Below are positions 18,124-27,162 of a DNA stretch of 64,000 bases, in pieces; within the stretch, counting starts at the first letter, position 1, and each line of letters opens with the position of its first letter. The translations under genes were made by a program, and so were the position numbers. The notes below the pieces were generated by a model. That model did no database searches, was not told the DNA's origin, and saw nothing but the letters and a program-made list of their open reading frames with translations. The stretch spans positions 2,680 to 66,679 of the forward strand of contig JBDRIE010000025.1 of the NCBI GenBank assembly GCA_043816165.1, in the 5' to 3' direction. The stretch is from Nitrospirota bacterium (GTDB lineage: Bacteria > Patescibacteriota > Gracilibacteria > UBA1369 > LOWO2-01-FULL-3).

Positions 18124-19695
18124 TTATGTTTTTTTCTTTTTTTGAACTTTTGTGCCTCCGCCGGCTCTTTGGATTGCGTCTTTGTATCGGCTCTGTGCCT
18201 TGTTGCCACTTATGTTCCATACGTGGTAGGCCTTTGCCAGTTTTCTGATATCGTCGTTGTTCGTTTCGTATCCGTTTATTTTGTAAGTTCCATTTGCGGA
18301 TACTGATATTTGTTTTAGAAGGTTTGAATATTTACCGTCTTTTTTCCCTTTGCTTTTCAGCCATCGCACGAATGATTGAAGTGTGATTTTTCGGTAAACC
18401 GGTACGCTTGTGACTTTTGTAGTTTTATTTTTCGTATCTTTCGATCGTCTTCCATGTTCGTTTACGAATTCTTCAAAAACTGTTGATCCGGCGAATTTTT
18501 GTGCTGTTAGGAATATGTTCCATCCCCGATTTCCTTCTGTTAATGTTTTTAATTGATATGCCGTTTCATTTTTGTCTTGTTCTCTTCTCTCGCTTGCGTC
18601 TGTCCAAAATCCCGGTTTTGGGTCTTCCTTGTATTTTGCCAAAGCGTATGCCGCGTAATTGATTAGCATTCCTTTCTTTGTCATTATTTGTGCCAATTTT
18701 TCCGGATCCTTCCATCCTCCACCTTTGAATATATTCGCGACCAATGTTCCTCCAACAGATACGGCTACTGATAATTTTGTTAAGGCAATTAATATGTTTT
18801 TTCCTGTTAACATTTGTGCCGCTGGATTGTATGAGCCGTAGGCAGATCTGAAATAGCTTTTTCCTCTTTTTACGAAGTCGTGATTTATTTTGTAAGTTGT
18901 TGACATCATGTGTTCTTCTCCTTTTGTGAATCTTGAGTTCTTCCCGGTTAATTTGCTTGCAAGTGTGAAGCTTATTGCTCCATGTTTGCTTCCCGCTTTC
19001 AGGAATTCTTTTAGGTTTTCTCCGGTAAGTTTTTCTTTTGCTATGTGATCTTTGAGAACTTCTTCTCTTTCTTTTTCTGAAAGGAAATTCATAATCAGCC
19101 AGGATGATGCTGCTTCTCCTTGGTTGCATTCCGGTCCTCCCGATGCAAATGATTTGCTTAAGTATTTTTTTACTTCTGCGAATTTTTCCGCTGTTTGTGT
19201 TTCCAGTTTGAATGCGTATTTTATCGAATTAATCGCTCCTGAGTTTTTTGGGTTTAATAGAAGTTTGGATAGTGTTCGTGCTTTGAATGCCAAACTGTCT
19301 CTCATCTTCAATAGCGCTGTTTCTGTTAATTTTCCCCCATGCATTCTTCTAATTTCAATTATATATTTGGTTGTTATTCCAGTGATGGATACCAATTGTT
19401 TTTCGTAACGACCAACTATCTGATTTAGCTTCGTGAGTGTGTCTTTGTCTTTTATATTTGCTGATGTGATTACTTCTTCGCTTTGTTCTTTCCAAAGTCT
19501 TCTAACGTCCTCAAAAGCTGTGCCTGTGAGGATGTCCGGCATAAGATTTTTTAGCATTCTTCCCCTAGGTGATTTCACATATAATCCTTCTGATATTTCA
19601 TCTTGGATTGCTTTGTTAGCGTCCTTGAACGATTTCTTCATTCGTTCTTTGTAATGAGTTCTGTATCTTTCTGTATTTCCTTTATCTAATGCCAT
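18124..19695 (-). CDS. hypothetical protein (523 aa), orphan operon gene 2
   Basis: Lys-rich ORF with one central hydrophobic segment ILIALTKLSVAVSVGGTLVANIF. No family recognised. Confidence 0.75.
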   Translation of the reverse strand: MALDKGNTERYRTHYKERMKKSFKDANKAIQDEISEGLYVKSPRGRMLKNLMPDILTGTAFEDVRRLWKEQSEEVITSANIKDKDTLTKLNQIVGRYEKQLVSITGITTKYIIEIRRMHGGKLTETALLKMRDSLAFKARTLSKLLLNPKNSGAINSIKYAFKLETQTAEKFAEVKKYLSKSFASGGPECNQGEAASSWLIMNFLSEKEREEVLKDHIAKEKLTGENLKEFLKAGSKHGAISFTLASKLTGKNSRFTKGEEHMMSTTYKINHDFVKRGKSYFRSAYGSYNPAAQMLTGKNILIALTKLSVAVSVGGTLVANIFKGGGWKDPEKLAQIMTKKGMLINYAAYALAKYKEDPKPGFWTDASERREQDKNETAYQLKTLTEGNRGWNIFLTAQKFAGSTVFEEFVNEHGRRSKDTKNKTTKVTSVPVYRKITLQSFVRWLKSKGKKDGKYSNLLKQISVSANGTYKINGYETNNDDIRKLAKAYHVWNISGNKAQSRYKDAIQRAGGGTKVQKKKKT

Positions 19696-19705
19696 GATTA
19701 AATGT

Positions 19706-20260
19706 TTAAATTTTTAATAATCTTGAGAATATTTCTGTCAGGGACTGATTGTGCCCTTCTTTTTCAGGGATTTTTTCGATCAAAAATTCGCGAACTTCTG
19801 ATGGATCTTGGCTGTTTAGCTGGATTGATATATCTACCACCAATTCTCCATCCACTTTTACGTATAGGGATTTTGTGTATGGCGGTTCGTAGACCAACCA
19901 GAACGATTTTATTCTTGTGAATGGATATTTTCTTTTTCCTACTTTGATTCCGATGTCCGAGATTGAGACTTCTACGTCTTTTGTCGGTTCTCTATTTACT
20001 AAATAATATACAATTGCAAAAACTACTATTGCCAGGGAGAAAGTCCATGCTTGATGAGCCATCCCCGTTACGATTGCAGCGATTAATAGTGCCGCAACAA
20101 TTACTTTCCAGATTTTCCCTCTTTTGTGTCTGAGGTGTTCCGGTGCAGTCCATGAAATTACGGTGTTGTCGAAGGCTGAGGGCTGGTTTTCTATATATTC
20201 CTTCTCCCTCACTTTTCTTATTTTTCTTTGCTTGAATTTATCTTTTAATTTTTTGATCAT
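19706..20260 (-). CDS. two-TM membrane protein (184 aa), orphan operon gene 1
   Basis: Basic N-terminus, two adjacent TM helices (IWKVIVAALLIAAIVTGMA, WTFSLAIVVFAIVYYLV), then a roughly 90-aa beta-rich domain. Topology resembles bacterial PH-like (YdbS/T-type) proteins, tentative. Confidence 0.7.
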   Translation of the reverse strand: MIKKLKDKFKQRKIRKVREKEYIENQPSAFDNTVISWTAPEHLRHKRGKIWKVIVAALLIAAIVTGMAHQAWTFSLAIVVFAIVYYLVNREPTKDVEVSISDIGIKVGKRKYPFTRIKSFWLVYEPPYTKSLYVKVDGELVVDISIQLNSQDPSEVREFLIEKIPEKEGHNQSLTEIFSRLLKI

Positions 20261-20293
20261 TTTTGTTTTGTTTTTGCATGAATTTTTCTAATT

Positions 20294-20302
20294 ATTATAC
20301 CA
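20294..20302 (-). promoter_or_regulatory. extended -10 promoter element for the orphan operon
   Basis: Minus-sense TGGTATAAT about 35 nt upstream of the ATG at 20260, in the 90-bp rpsR/operon spacer. Confidence 0.45.
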
Positions 20303-20350
20303 AAAAAAGCCCCATTTTGGAAGGGTAAGTGGTTGAACTCGTTTAGAAAC

Positions 20351-20563
20351 CTATCGAATGAACCCCATTAGCGACATAATCCTTGCATTTTTGATCGCAT
20401 TTGTGACTTTTTTCTGATGTTTAAGGCAAGTTCCGCTGTAGTATCGAGGGACTATTTTGTAGTATTGCGAAGTAAATTTATTTAGTAAACTTACATTTTT
20501 GTAATCGATATGCTGAATTTGGTCCTCACAGAAGTGACATTTTCTATTCTTATATGATGGCAT
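20351..20563 (-). CDS. rpsR: 30S ribosomal protein S18
   Basis: 70 aa with CHFCEDQIQHIDYKNVSLLNKF...RITGTC-like core. Canonical rpsF-ssb-rpsR context. Confidence 0.9.
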   Translation of the reverse strand: MPSYKNRKCHFCEDQIQHIDYKNVSLLNKFTSQYYKIVPRYYSGTCLKHQKKVTNAIKNARIMSLMGFIR

Positions 20564-20580
20564 ATTGAGTTAGTTAATGA

Positions 20581-21000
20581 TTAAAAAACGTTATCATCAG
20601 CATCTGGCGCCGGCATAGTATCTACCTCAGGTGCTGCTTCTATTAATTCTTCTTCACCCTCTAATTTCTCTCTTTTTTCAAGCATAATCATATCTTGTAA
20701 AACTATTTCAGTTCTAAATCTTTTGTCTCCTTCTTCAGTTTCCCAACTTCGTGTCTTTAAGTATCCTTCCAAATATACTAATTTTCCTTTTGAAAGAAAT
20801 TTCCCGCATATTTCTGCTAATTTTGCCCATGCAACTATTTCATGAAATTCTGTAGATTTTTTTCTTTCCCCTTCTCTTACCGTCCATTCTCTGTTTGTGG
20901 CTATCCCAAAAGTAGTAATTGGTTGACCATTTTGAGTTTCTTTTGTTTCCGGATCTCTAGTTAAATTTCCGATTATTATTATCTTGTTTACTGATCTCAT
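20581..21000 (-). CDS. ssb: single-stranded DNA-binding protein
   Basis: 139 aa. OB-fold N-terminus MRSVNKIIIIGNLTRDPE and acidic C-terminal tip DADDNVF. Confidence 0.93.
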   Translation of the reverse strand: MRSVNKIIIIGNLTRDPETKETQNGQPITTFGIATNREWTVREGERKKSTEFHEIVAWAKLAEICGKFLSKGKLVYLEGYLKTRSWETEEGDKRFRTEIVLQDMIMLEKREKLEGEEELIEAAPEVDTMPAPDADDNVF

Positions 21001-21020
21001 TTTCTATTGGTTAATATTGT

Positions 21021-21083
21021 ATTCGCTTCGCTCATGCTACGCTCGCCTTAGCTCCCGGCGCGTTCGCTTCGCTGCCGCGTGTT
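21021..21083. repeat. GC-rich intergenic element, copy A
   Basis: Fills the rpsF-ssb spacer. Positions 21034-21083 match 38665-38714 at 43/50 ungapped (hand count). Confidence 0.75.
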
Positions 21084-21744
21084 AAAGTGAAATATCAGGA
21101 TCGTCGATGATACTTTTTAACCTTTCATCAACATCATCCAGTTTTGCTACTGGTTTCTTCTCTTCTTTTGGTTCTTCTTGCTTTGGCTCTTCTTCCGGTT
21201 CTTCCTTCTTCGGTTCTTCTTTCTTTGGCTCTTCTTCCGGTTCTTCCTTCTTCGGTTCTTCCTTCTTTGGTTCTTCTTTCTTTGGCTCTTCTTCCGGTTC
21301 TTCCTTCTTCGGTTCTTCCTTCTTTGCTACCTTTGGCTTTGGTCTAAATTTTCCTTCTTCTTTTTCCTTCTTCTTTTTCTCTTTTTCTAACTCTTCTTTT
21401 GCCGCTCTTTCTTCATACACTTCCAATGTAATCATTTCGTAGTTATCCGGAGTTTTTACTATCAAATATCGAACTACGTTTTGGTTTAGCACTAGGGGTT
21501 TGTCTAGTTTCTTTAACTTTGCCGGTTCTATAGAGAAGTTAAATACTGCGTAGTATCCTTGATCTTGCTTTTTAATTTTGTAAGCAAAATTTCTTACTCC
21601 CCAGAGATCTTCGTTGAATATCTCACCTCCGTTTTCTAAGATGATTGATCGAACTTCATCAAGTTCTTTTTTTGTCTTTTCTTCTCCCAAGTCAGGTGGA
21701 AGAATTAACATTATTTCGTATTTTTTAGTTTCTAAATTTTCCAT
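21082..21744 (-). CDS. rpsF: 30S ribosomal protein S6 with long (EEPKK)n C-terminal extension
   Basis: N-terminal roughly 100 aa is S6-like (YEIMLILPPDL...VRYLIV). The C-terminal roughly 110 aa is K/E/P repeat. Confidence 0.9.
   Translation of the reverse strand: MENLETKKYEIMLILPPDLGEEKTKKELDEVRSIILENGGEIFNEDLWGVRNFAYKIKKQDQGYYAVFNFSIEPAKLKKLDKPLVLNQNVVRYLIVKTPDNYEMITLEVYEERAAKEELEKEKKKKEKEEGKFRPKPKVAKKEEPKKEEPEEEPKKEEPKKEEPKKEEPEEEPKKEEPKKEEPEEEPKQEEPKEEKKPVAKLDDVDERLKSIIDDPDISL
21165..21330. repeat. coding tandem repeat (15-nt subunit) in the rpsF tail
   Basis: 38-nt core TTTGGCTCTTCTTCCGGTTCTTCCTTCTTCGGTTCTTC occurs at 21182, 21224 and 21281. Confidence 0.8.
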
Positions 21745-22088
21745 ATTTCTTTGGATTAAGATCTAGTGACCTTTTAGCCCTATACGTGATTGCATAGAAC
21801 AGAAAAATATTTAAAGCAGTGGGAAGTTATCAGAATGTTCAACCTTTGACAATAGCAATACGCAATATTTTCACGACATAGTCAAGGATTTTATTTTTTG
21901 CACTCTTTATTCACATATTCCCTTCTAGGCCTTTTTCTTCCCTTTTTATGCGGAATAACGAGTGTTCGATTTCAACTCGTCGTACCATCCACAATATTTC
22001 CATGAAAATGTCAATGTTCGCGTCTTGAAGGGATTTCCCAAAACCCTCATACTGCTACGAGGTGAAATTTATTGAAAAATGTCTATAA

Positions 22089-23309
22089 ATGAGTACAACC
22101 GAAACGATACTGCAGGTAAATAAGTTTGCGAGAAAAGCTCGCCACTTGAGGAACTTTTCGAAAAGTAAACTCTGGAAATCTTATTCCAAAGATATATTTA
22201 AATTTATATCGTATCCTGCAAGAACAGTAATGAAGACGCCTTTATTTGCTAACATAAGGCGTTTCCTAATTGGGGTAAAATTATTTATTTCGGATATTAT
22301 CCCTGTTTCACCACAAAAAAGACTTCTATTCCAAGCTATAATGATCGGATCTGCTGCACTAATAGTGAGCTCGTTCACTCCCGGAGGATCTTTCACAGCA
22401 ATTTCAATGAATTATTCTACTGAATATATTAGTTCTTATTCACTACCTGGAGACATATTAGTGTCTGATGAAAATGGATATTTGATAAAAATTAATCCAC
22501 AAACTAACGAATCAAATAGAGTGGGATTAACAGATTTTGCTTTACATACTATAGAAGACGGCGAATCTTTGTCAGTTATTGCGCAACACTATGGAGTGAA
22601 TGTTTCTACAATTATGTGGGAAAATGGACTTGCTAATGCAAATAGTATTAGAGCGGGACAAAAACTTCTTATTCCACCGGTTGACGGTCTTAGCTATACA
22701 GTTCAAAGTGGAGATTCTTTAGAGAAACTTGCTGATAAATATGAGATTAGTGTTGAATCTATTATTGCTCAAAATACTCTTGAAGCTGATGTTCTAGGTA
22801 AAGGACAAGATCTATTCTTGCCCGGAGCCATACAAGCTGCACCGGTTAACGTTGCTACTGCAAGTTATGCCGCTTCATCTACAAGCAGAGCCGTGAGTTA
22901 TGCGGATGCATCTTCTTCTACAAGCGCTCCTGCAGTTGGTAGAATCTTCATTTACCCAACAAAAGGTAAAATTACTCAAGGATATAAGTCCGGTCACTAT
23001 GCGATAGATATTGCTGATTCTTCCAGGCCTCCTGTATGGGCTGCCGGCGGAGGAGAAGTTACAAAAGCCTCAACGGGTACTTGGGGAGGTGGATATGGTA
23101 ACCATATAATCATAGATCACGGAGATGGGTTACAAACTCTTTATGCTCATCTTGATAGCGTGAATGTTTATGAAGGACAATGGGTTGGACAAGGTGATGT
23201 GGTTGGTATTATGGGTAATACCGGTCGTGTATACGGTGCAACCGGAATTCATCTGCACTGGGAAGTTATCTACAATGGAGTGAAACAATATCCAGGAGAT
23301 TATTACTAA
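22089..23309 (+). CDS. LysM-domain M23 family peptidoglycan endopeptidase
   Basis: 406 aa. One TM, two LysM repeats (HTIEDGESLSVIAQHYGV..., YTVQSGDSLEKLADKYEI...) and an M23 core HYAIDIA...GNHIIIDHGDGLQTLYAHL...GIHLHWEV. Confidence 0.88.
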   Translation: MSTTETILQVNKFARKARHLRNFSKSKLWKSYSKDIFKFISYPARTVMKTPLFANIRRFLIGVKLFISDIIPVSPQKRLLFQAIMIGSAALIVSSFTPGGSFTAISMNYSTEYISSYSLPGDILVSDENGYLIKINPQTNESNRVGLTDFALHTIEDGESLSVIAQHYGVNVSTIMWENGLANANSIRAGQKLLIPPVDGLSYTVQSGDSLEKLADKYEISVESIIAQNTLEADVLGKGQDLFLPGAIQAAPVNVATASYAASSTSRAVSYADASSSTSAPAVGRIFIYPTKGKITQGYKSGHYAIDIADSSRPPVWAAGGGEVTKASTGTWGGGYGNHIIIDHGDGLQTLYAHLDSVNVYEGQWVGQGDVVGIMGNTGRVYGATGIHLHWEVIYNGVKQYPGDYY

Positions 23310-23313
23310 GATT

Positions 23314-23577
23314 ATGGTGGTTTTGAAGCATATTTGGTACATACCGCGGTATTTAGTGATGGCGGTGATTTGGGTGTATCAGAGGACTCTGTCGCCCGAT
23401 CATGGGATGTTTAAGGTTATGTTCCCAGATGGGTATTGTAAATTTAGGCCGACTTGTTCGGAGTATTCTTTGCAGACTGTGCATAAGTATGGAGTTGTGA
23501 TCGGTGTGCCAAAGGCGTTGTGGAGGGTACTTCGGTGCAATCCTTACAGTAAAGGTGGAGATGATCCGGTTAAATAG
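23314..23577 (+). CDS. yidD: membrane protein insertion efficiency factor YidD
   Basis: 87 aa. YQRTLSP...CKFRPTCSEYSLQTVHKYG...RCNPYSKGGDDPV. Confidence 0.88.
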   Translation: MVVLKHIWYIPRYLVMAVIWVYQRTLSPDHGMFKVMFPDGYCKFRPTCSEYSLQTVHKYGVVIGVPKALWRVLRCNPYSKGGDDPVK

Positions 23578-23658
23578 GTTTAGTAAGGACATTCTTCTTG
23601 ACTTTCTGATTCTTGTGGCTAGAATTTAGCAGGTTTTTTTAGAATTTAATTAGTTGCA

Positions 23659-25182
23659 ATGCCGATTGAGAGAGCATTAATTAGCGTGTCAGATAAGACA
23701 GGCGTTGTTGAACTTGCGAAAAGCTTGGCAGTCAAAGGTGTGGAGATATTATCTACCGGAGGAACTGCTGATGCTTTGAGGGATGGTGGTGTTGACGTGG
23801 TGGATGTAAGTGACTACACAGGATTCCCGGAAATGATGGATGGAAGGGTGAAAACACTACATCCAAAAGTGCACGGAGGCCTTCTTGCATTGCGCGATAA
23901 TCCGGAACATATGAAGCAGGCTGAGGAGAATGGAGTGAAGATGATCGATTTGGTTGTTGTGAATTTGTATCCGTTCCAGGAGACTATTGCCCGTGAGGGA
24001 GTGACCGAGGAGGAATCAATTGAGAATATTGATATTGGTGGTCCAAGTATGATCAGAAGTGCGGCTAAGAATTTCAAATATGTGACTGTTTTGACTTCGC
24101 CTGAAGATTATAAAATGGTTATGGATGGTGAAGTTGATCTGGAAACTCGTAAAAAGTTGGCTCGGAAAGCATTTACCATTACTCATGCATATGATGATGC
24201 TATTGAACATTATTTGAGAGAGCAATTGGGTGAACCCGAGCTACTCGATCTTCATTATGAAAAGGTTGGAAGCTTGAGATATGGTGAAAATCCAAACCAA
24301 AAGGCTGCATTTTTCCGAAATCCGGAAAATCACGATTCAAATATTACAAATTCAAAAGTTCTGAATGGAAAACAGTTATCTTTCAACAATATTGTGGATG
24401 GAGACAGTGCGCTTGAGCTCGTAAAGGAGTTCAAAGAGCCGACTGCGGTTTTTATTAAACATAATAATCCTTGTGGAGTTGCCTGCGCTTCTACCATCGA
24501 CGAAGCTTTCGCAAAATGTCATGACGTTGACCCGATGTCAGCTTTTGGCTGTGTGATTGCGGTAAATCGCGAGGTTGATGAGGGAATTGTTGACTATATA
24601 AAGGAGAACAAAATGTTTGTGGAGATGATTATTGCTCCAACTTTCGAGGAGAAAGCTTTGAAACGTCTGATGACTCGAAAGAATTTGAGAATTTTGGAGA
24701 CCGGTGAATTGAAACTCGATCTTTTGAAGACTGATATCAAAAAAGTCGCGGGTGGAATATTGATTCAAACAAAGGATACTTACGAATTGAAGTCTGAAGA
24801 TTTTAAAGTTGTGACAAAGAAGGCTCCGACGAATGAGGAAGTTCAGGCACTCTTATTTGCGAATAAAGTCGTAAAGCATGTGATGTCGAATGCAGTGATA
24901 ATGGCTAAGGGAACAGAAGTTGTGGCGGTTGGCGCCGGGCAGATGTCGCGTGTAGATAGCGTGAGAATTGCGGGAATCAAAGGTGGTGACCGGATTCGGG
25001 GAAGTGTGATGGCGAGCGATGCGTTTTTCCCTTTTGCTGATGCTATGGAGGAGGCTATAGAGCTCGGTGTCGTTGCGTTTAGTCAGCCGGGTGGATCTGT
25101 GAATGATAAGGAAGTTATTGCACGGGCTGATGAGTTAGGCGTTTCTATGGTCTTCACCGGAAGACGTTACTTTAGACACTAA
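23659..25182 (+). CDS. purH: bifunctional AICAR transformylase / IMP cyclohydrolase
   Basis: 507 aa. RALISVSDKTGVVELAK...STGGTA MGS-like N-domain, KTLHPKVHGG, and a full-length C-terminal AICARFT domain. Confidence 0.97.
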   Translation: MPIERALISVSDKTGVVELAKSLAVKGVEILSTGGTADALRDGGVDVVDVSDYTGFPEMMDGRVKTLHPKVHGGLLALRDNPEHMKQAEENGVKMIDLVVVNLYPFQETIAREGVTEEESIENIDIGGPSMIRSAAKNFKYVTVLTSPEDYKMVMDGEVDLETRKKLARKAFTITHAYDDAIEHYLREQLGEPELLDLHYEKVGSLRYGENPNQKAAFFRNPENHDSNITNSKVLNGKQLSFNNIVDGDSALELVKEFKEPTAVFIKHNNPCGVACASTIDEAFAKCHDVDPMSAFGCVIAVNREVDEGIVDYIKENKMFVEMIIAPTFEEKALKRLMTRKNLRILETGELKLDLLKTDIKKVAGGILIQTKDTYELKSEDFKVVTKKAPTNEEVQALLFANKVVKHVMSNAVIMAKGTEVVAVGAGQMSRVDSVRIAGIKGGDRIRGSVMASDAFFPFADAMEEAIELGVVAFSQPGGSVNDKEVIARADELGVSMVFTGRRYFRH

Positions 25183-25183
25183 T

Positions 25184-26068
25184 ATGGAGATTTTTGATTC
25201 CATTATTCTAGGAATTTTACAGGGTATAACTGAGTTTTTGCCTATTTCTTCTAGTGGTCATTTAGTTTTGGGTGAATATTATTTGAGTTTGAATGTAGAA
25301 ATGTTGAAAAGTTTTGATGTTGTGGTTCATATTGGGACTTTGTTGGCGATTTTTGTTTATTTTTGGAAAGATATTTGGGGAATGTTGAAAGCGATTGGCC
25401 GGCTTTTTGTTGGGCGACTTAAATTGAAAGATCCATATGCTCGATTAATCTTTTTTATAATTATTGGAACTATTCCTGCTGTGATTATCGGGCTTTTCTT
25501 TGAGGATTTGATCGATTCTACTTTTAGAAATGTTAAGTCGGTGGGGGCCTGGATGATGGTGGTTGGAATTGTTTTTGTGATTGGGGAATATACTTATAGA
25601 AGGGTTTATTGCGATGCCGGGATTGGGCAGAAGATTGCTGAAAAGGCAGATAATGTTCGAGATTATGTTCAACCGGGAGGATATGAGAGTCCTGAAGTTC
25701 GTGGAATGAAATGGTGGAAAGCAATTGTTATTGGACTCGCTCAGGCTTTGGCTTTGATTCCGGGAGTTTCGCGGTCTGGTTCGACAATTGTTGCGGGCCT
25801 TTTCCAGGGAATTAATCGGAGTGCCGCTGCTAGATTTTCGTTTTTACTGGGAATTCCGGCGATGGCTGGTGCAGGGTTTTTAACGGCTCTTAAGATCCCT
25901 GAAAATGGTGGACTGATGGTAGATATTTGGCCGCTTTTCATTGGATTTTTCACTTCTTTTATTTTTGGTCTTCTTTCTGTAGCTTTTTTAATGAGATTTT
26001 TGAAGAAAAACAGCTTAATTGTGTTTGCAATTTATTTGATTGCACTCGGATTTGGAGTGTTTATTTAA
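25184..26068 (+). CDS. uppP: undecaprenyl-diphosphate phosphatase
   Basis: 294 aa. GILQGITEFLPISSSGHL and PGVSRSGSTI motifs of BacA/UppP. Confidence 0.93.
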   Translation: MEIFDSIILGILQGITEFLPISSSGHLVLGEYYLSLNVEMLKSFDVVVHIGTLLAIFVYFWKDIWGMLKAIGRLFVGRLKLKDPYARLIFFIIIGTIPAVIIGLFFEDLIDSTFRNVKSVGAWMMVVGIVFVIGEYTYRRVYCDAGIGQKIAEKADNVRDYVQPGGYESPEVRGMKWWKAIVIGLAQALALIPGVSRSGSTIVAGLFQGINRSAAARFSFLLGIPAMAGAGFLTALKIPENGGLMVDIWPLFIGFFTSFIFGLLSVAFLMRFLKKNSLIVFAIYLIALGFGVFI

Positions 26069-26131
26069 TTTTTCCTAGACTAATCCTTCTATTTATACTA
26101 GAATCGTTTTTAATAATAATAAAATTTATTA

Positions 26132-27151
26132 ATGGCGAATATTTCCGATTACAAGATAGCAACACTTGGAAGTCATACTGCCCTTCAGATTCTGAAAGGG
26201 GCTAAGGATGAGGGCTTTGAGACTATTTGTATTTGTCAAAAAGATAGAAGAAAACCTTATGAGAGTTATAAAGTTGCGGATCAGATTATCGAAGTTGATT
26301 CATTTAAGGATTATTTCAAAATTGAACAGCAACTCATTGATCAAAATGCGATTATTATTCCTCATGGTTCTTATGTTGCATATATTGGAGCTGAGAAAAT
26401 GATGGATGTGAAGGCGATGCACTATGGGACAAAGGGAATCCTGGAATGGGAATCTGATCGCACGAAGGAGAGAGAATGGCTGTTGGATGCCGGAATTAAG
26501 TTGCCGAAGATTTTCAAAAATCCTGAAGAAATTGACCGAGCTGTCATTATAAAATTTCATGGAGCAAGGGGCGGGAAAGGGTATTTTATTGCGAATTCTC
26601 CTGAGGAGTTTAAGGAAAGAATACAGGAATATGGAGAGGATCATGATGGATATGTGATTCAGGAATATATCGTGGGAGTTCCGGTTTATTCACATTATTT
26701 TTATTCTCGTTTGAACGATGAACTTGAGGTTATGGGTTTTGATAAGAGATATGAATCGAATGCGGACTCAATTGGACGTGTTGCCGCGAAGGATCAGGTG
26801 GATGTTGGAATCAGGACAACTTATACAATTACCGGGAACGTTCCTATCGTTTTACGCGAATCTTTGTTGCCGGAGATTTTTGATATGGGTGATAGAGTTA
26901 TTGAAGCTTCTAGGAAAATTGTGGACGGTGGGCTTTTTGGCCCGTTCTGTCTTGAGGGAATTATTGACCCGGAACTGAATTATTATGTTTTTGAAATTTC
27001 TGCAAGAATTGTAGCCGGAACCAATCCTTATGTGCATGGATCACCGTACACTTGGCTTCGATATGACGAGCCTATGAGTACCGGAAGAAGGATTGCCAGG
27101 GATATCAAAGACGCTATTGAGAAGGGCGAAATTGAAAAAGTATTAGGTTAA
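26132..27151 (+). CDS. purP: FAICAR synthetase, archaeal PurP type
   Basis: 339 aa. Aligns by eye end to end with archaeal PurP: IATLGSHTALQILKGAK, PHGSYVAY, KFHGARGGKGYFIA, DKRYESN, ITGNVPIVLRESLLP, GPFCLEG. Confidence 0.9.
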   Translation: MANISDYKIATLGSHTALQILKGAKDEGFETICICQKDRRKPYESYKVADQIIEVDSFKDYFKIEQQLIDQNAIIIPHGSYVAYIGAEKMMDVKAMHYGTKGILEWESDRTKEREWLLDAGIKLPKIFKNPEEIDRAVIIKFHGARGGKGYFIANSPEEFKERIQEYGEDHDGYVIQEYIVGVPVYSHYFYSRLNDELEVMGFDKRYESNADSIGRVAAKDQVDVGIRTTYTITGNVPIVLRESLLPEIFDMGDRVIEASRKIVDGGLFGPFCLEGIIDPELNYYVFEISARIVAGTNPYVHGSPYTWLRYDEPMSTGRRIARDIKDAIEKGEIEKVLG

Positions 27152-27162
27152 TTTTATTTTCT

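Noticed and set aside
18566-19129. 187-aa alternative-frame ORF on the same strand inside the 523-aa operon gene
   Set aside because: Its R/K-rich translation comes from an A-rich coding sequence. The longer frame spans the whole inter-gene interval with 6-10 nt junctions.
21165-21330. Tandem repeats (also 45005-45058, 47395-47526, 62448-62495) as possible CRISPR arrays
   Set aside because: The units are contiguous with no unique spacers and have periods that are multiples of 3. They lie in frame inside ORFs, and no cas genes are present.
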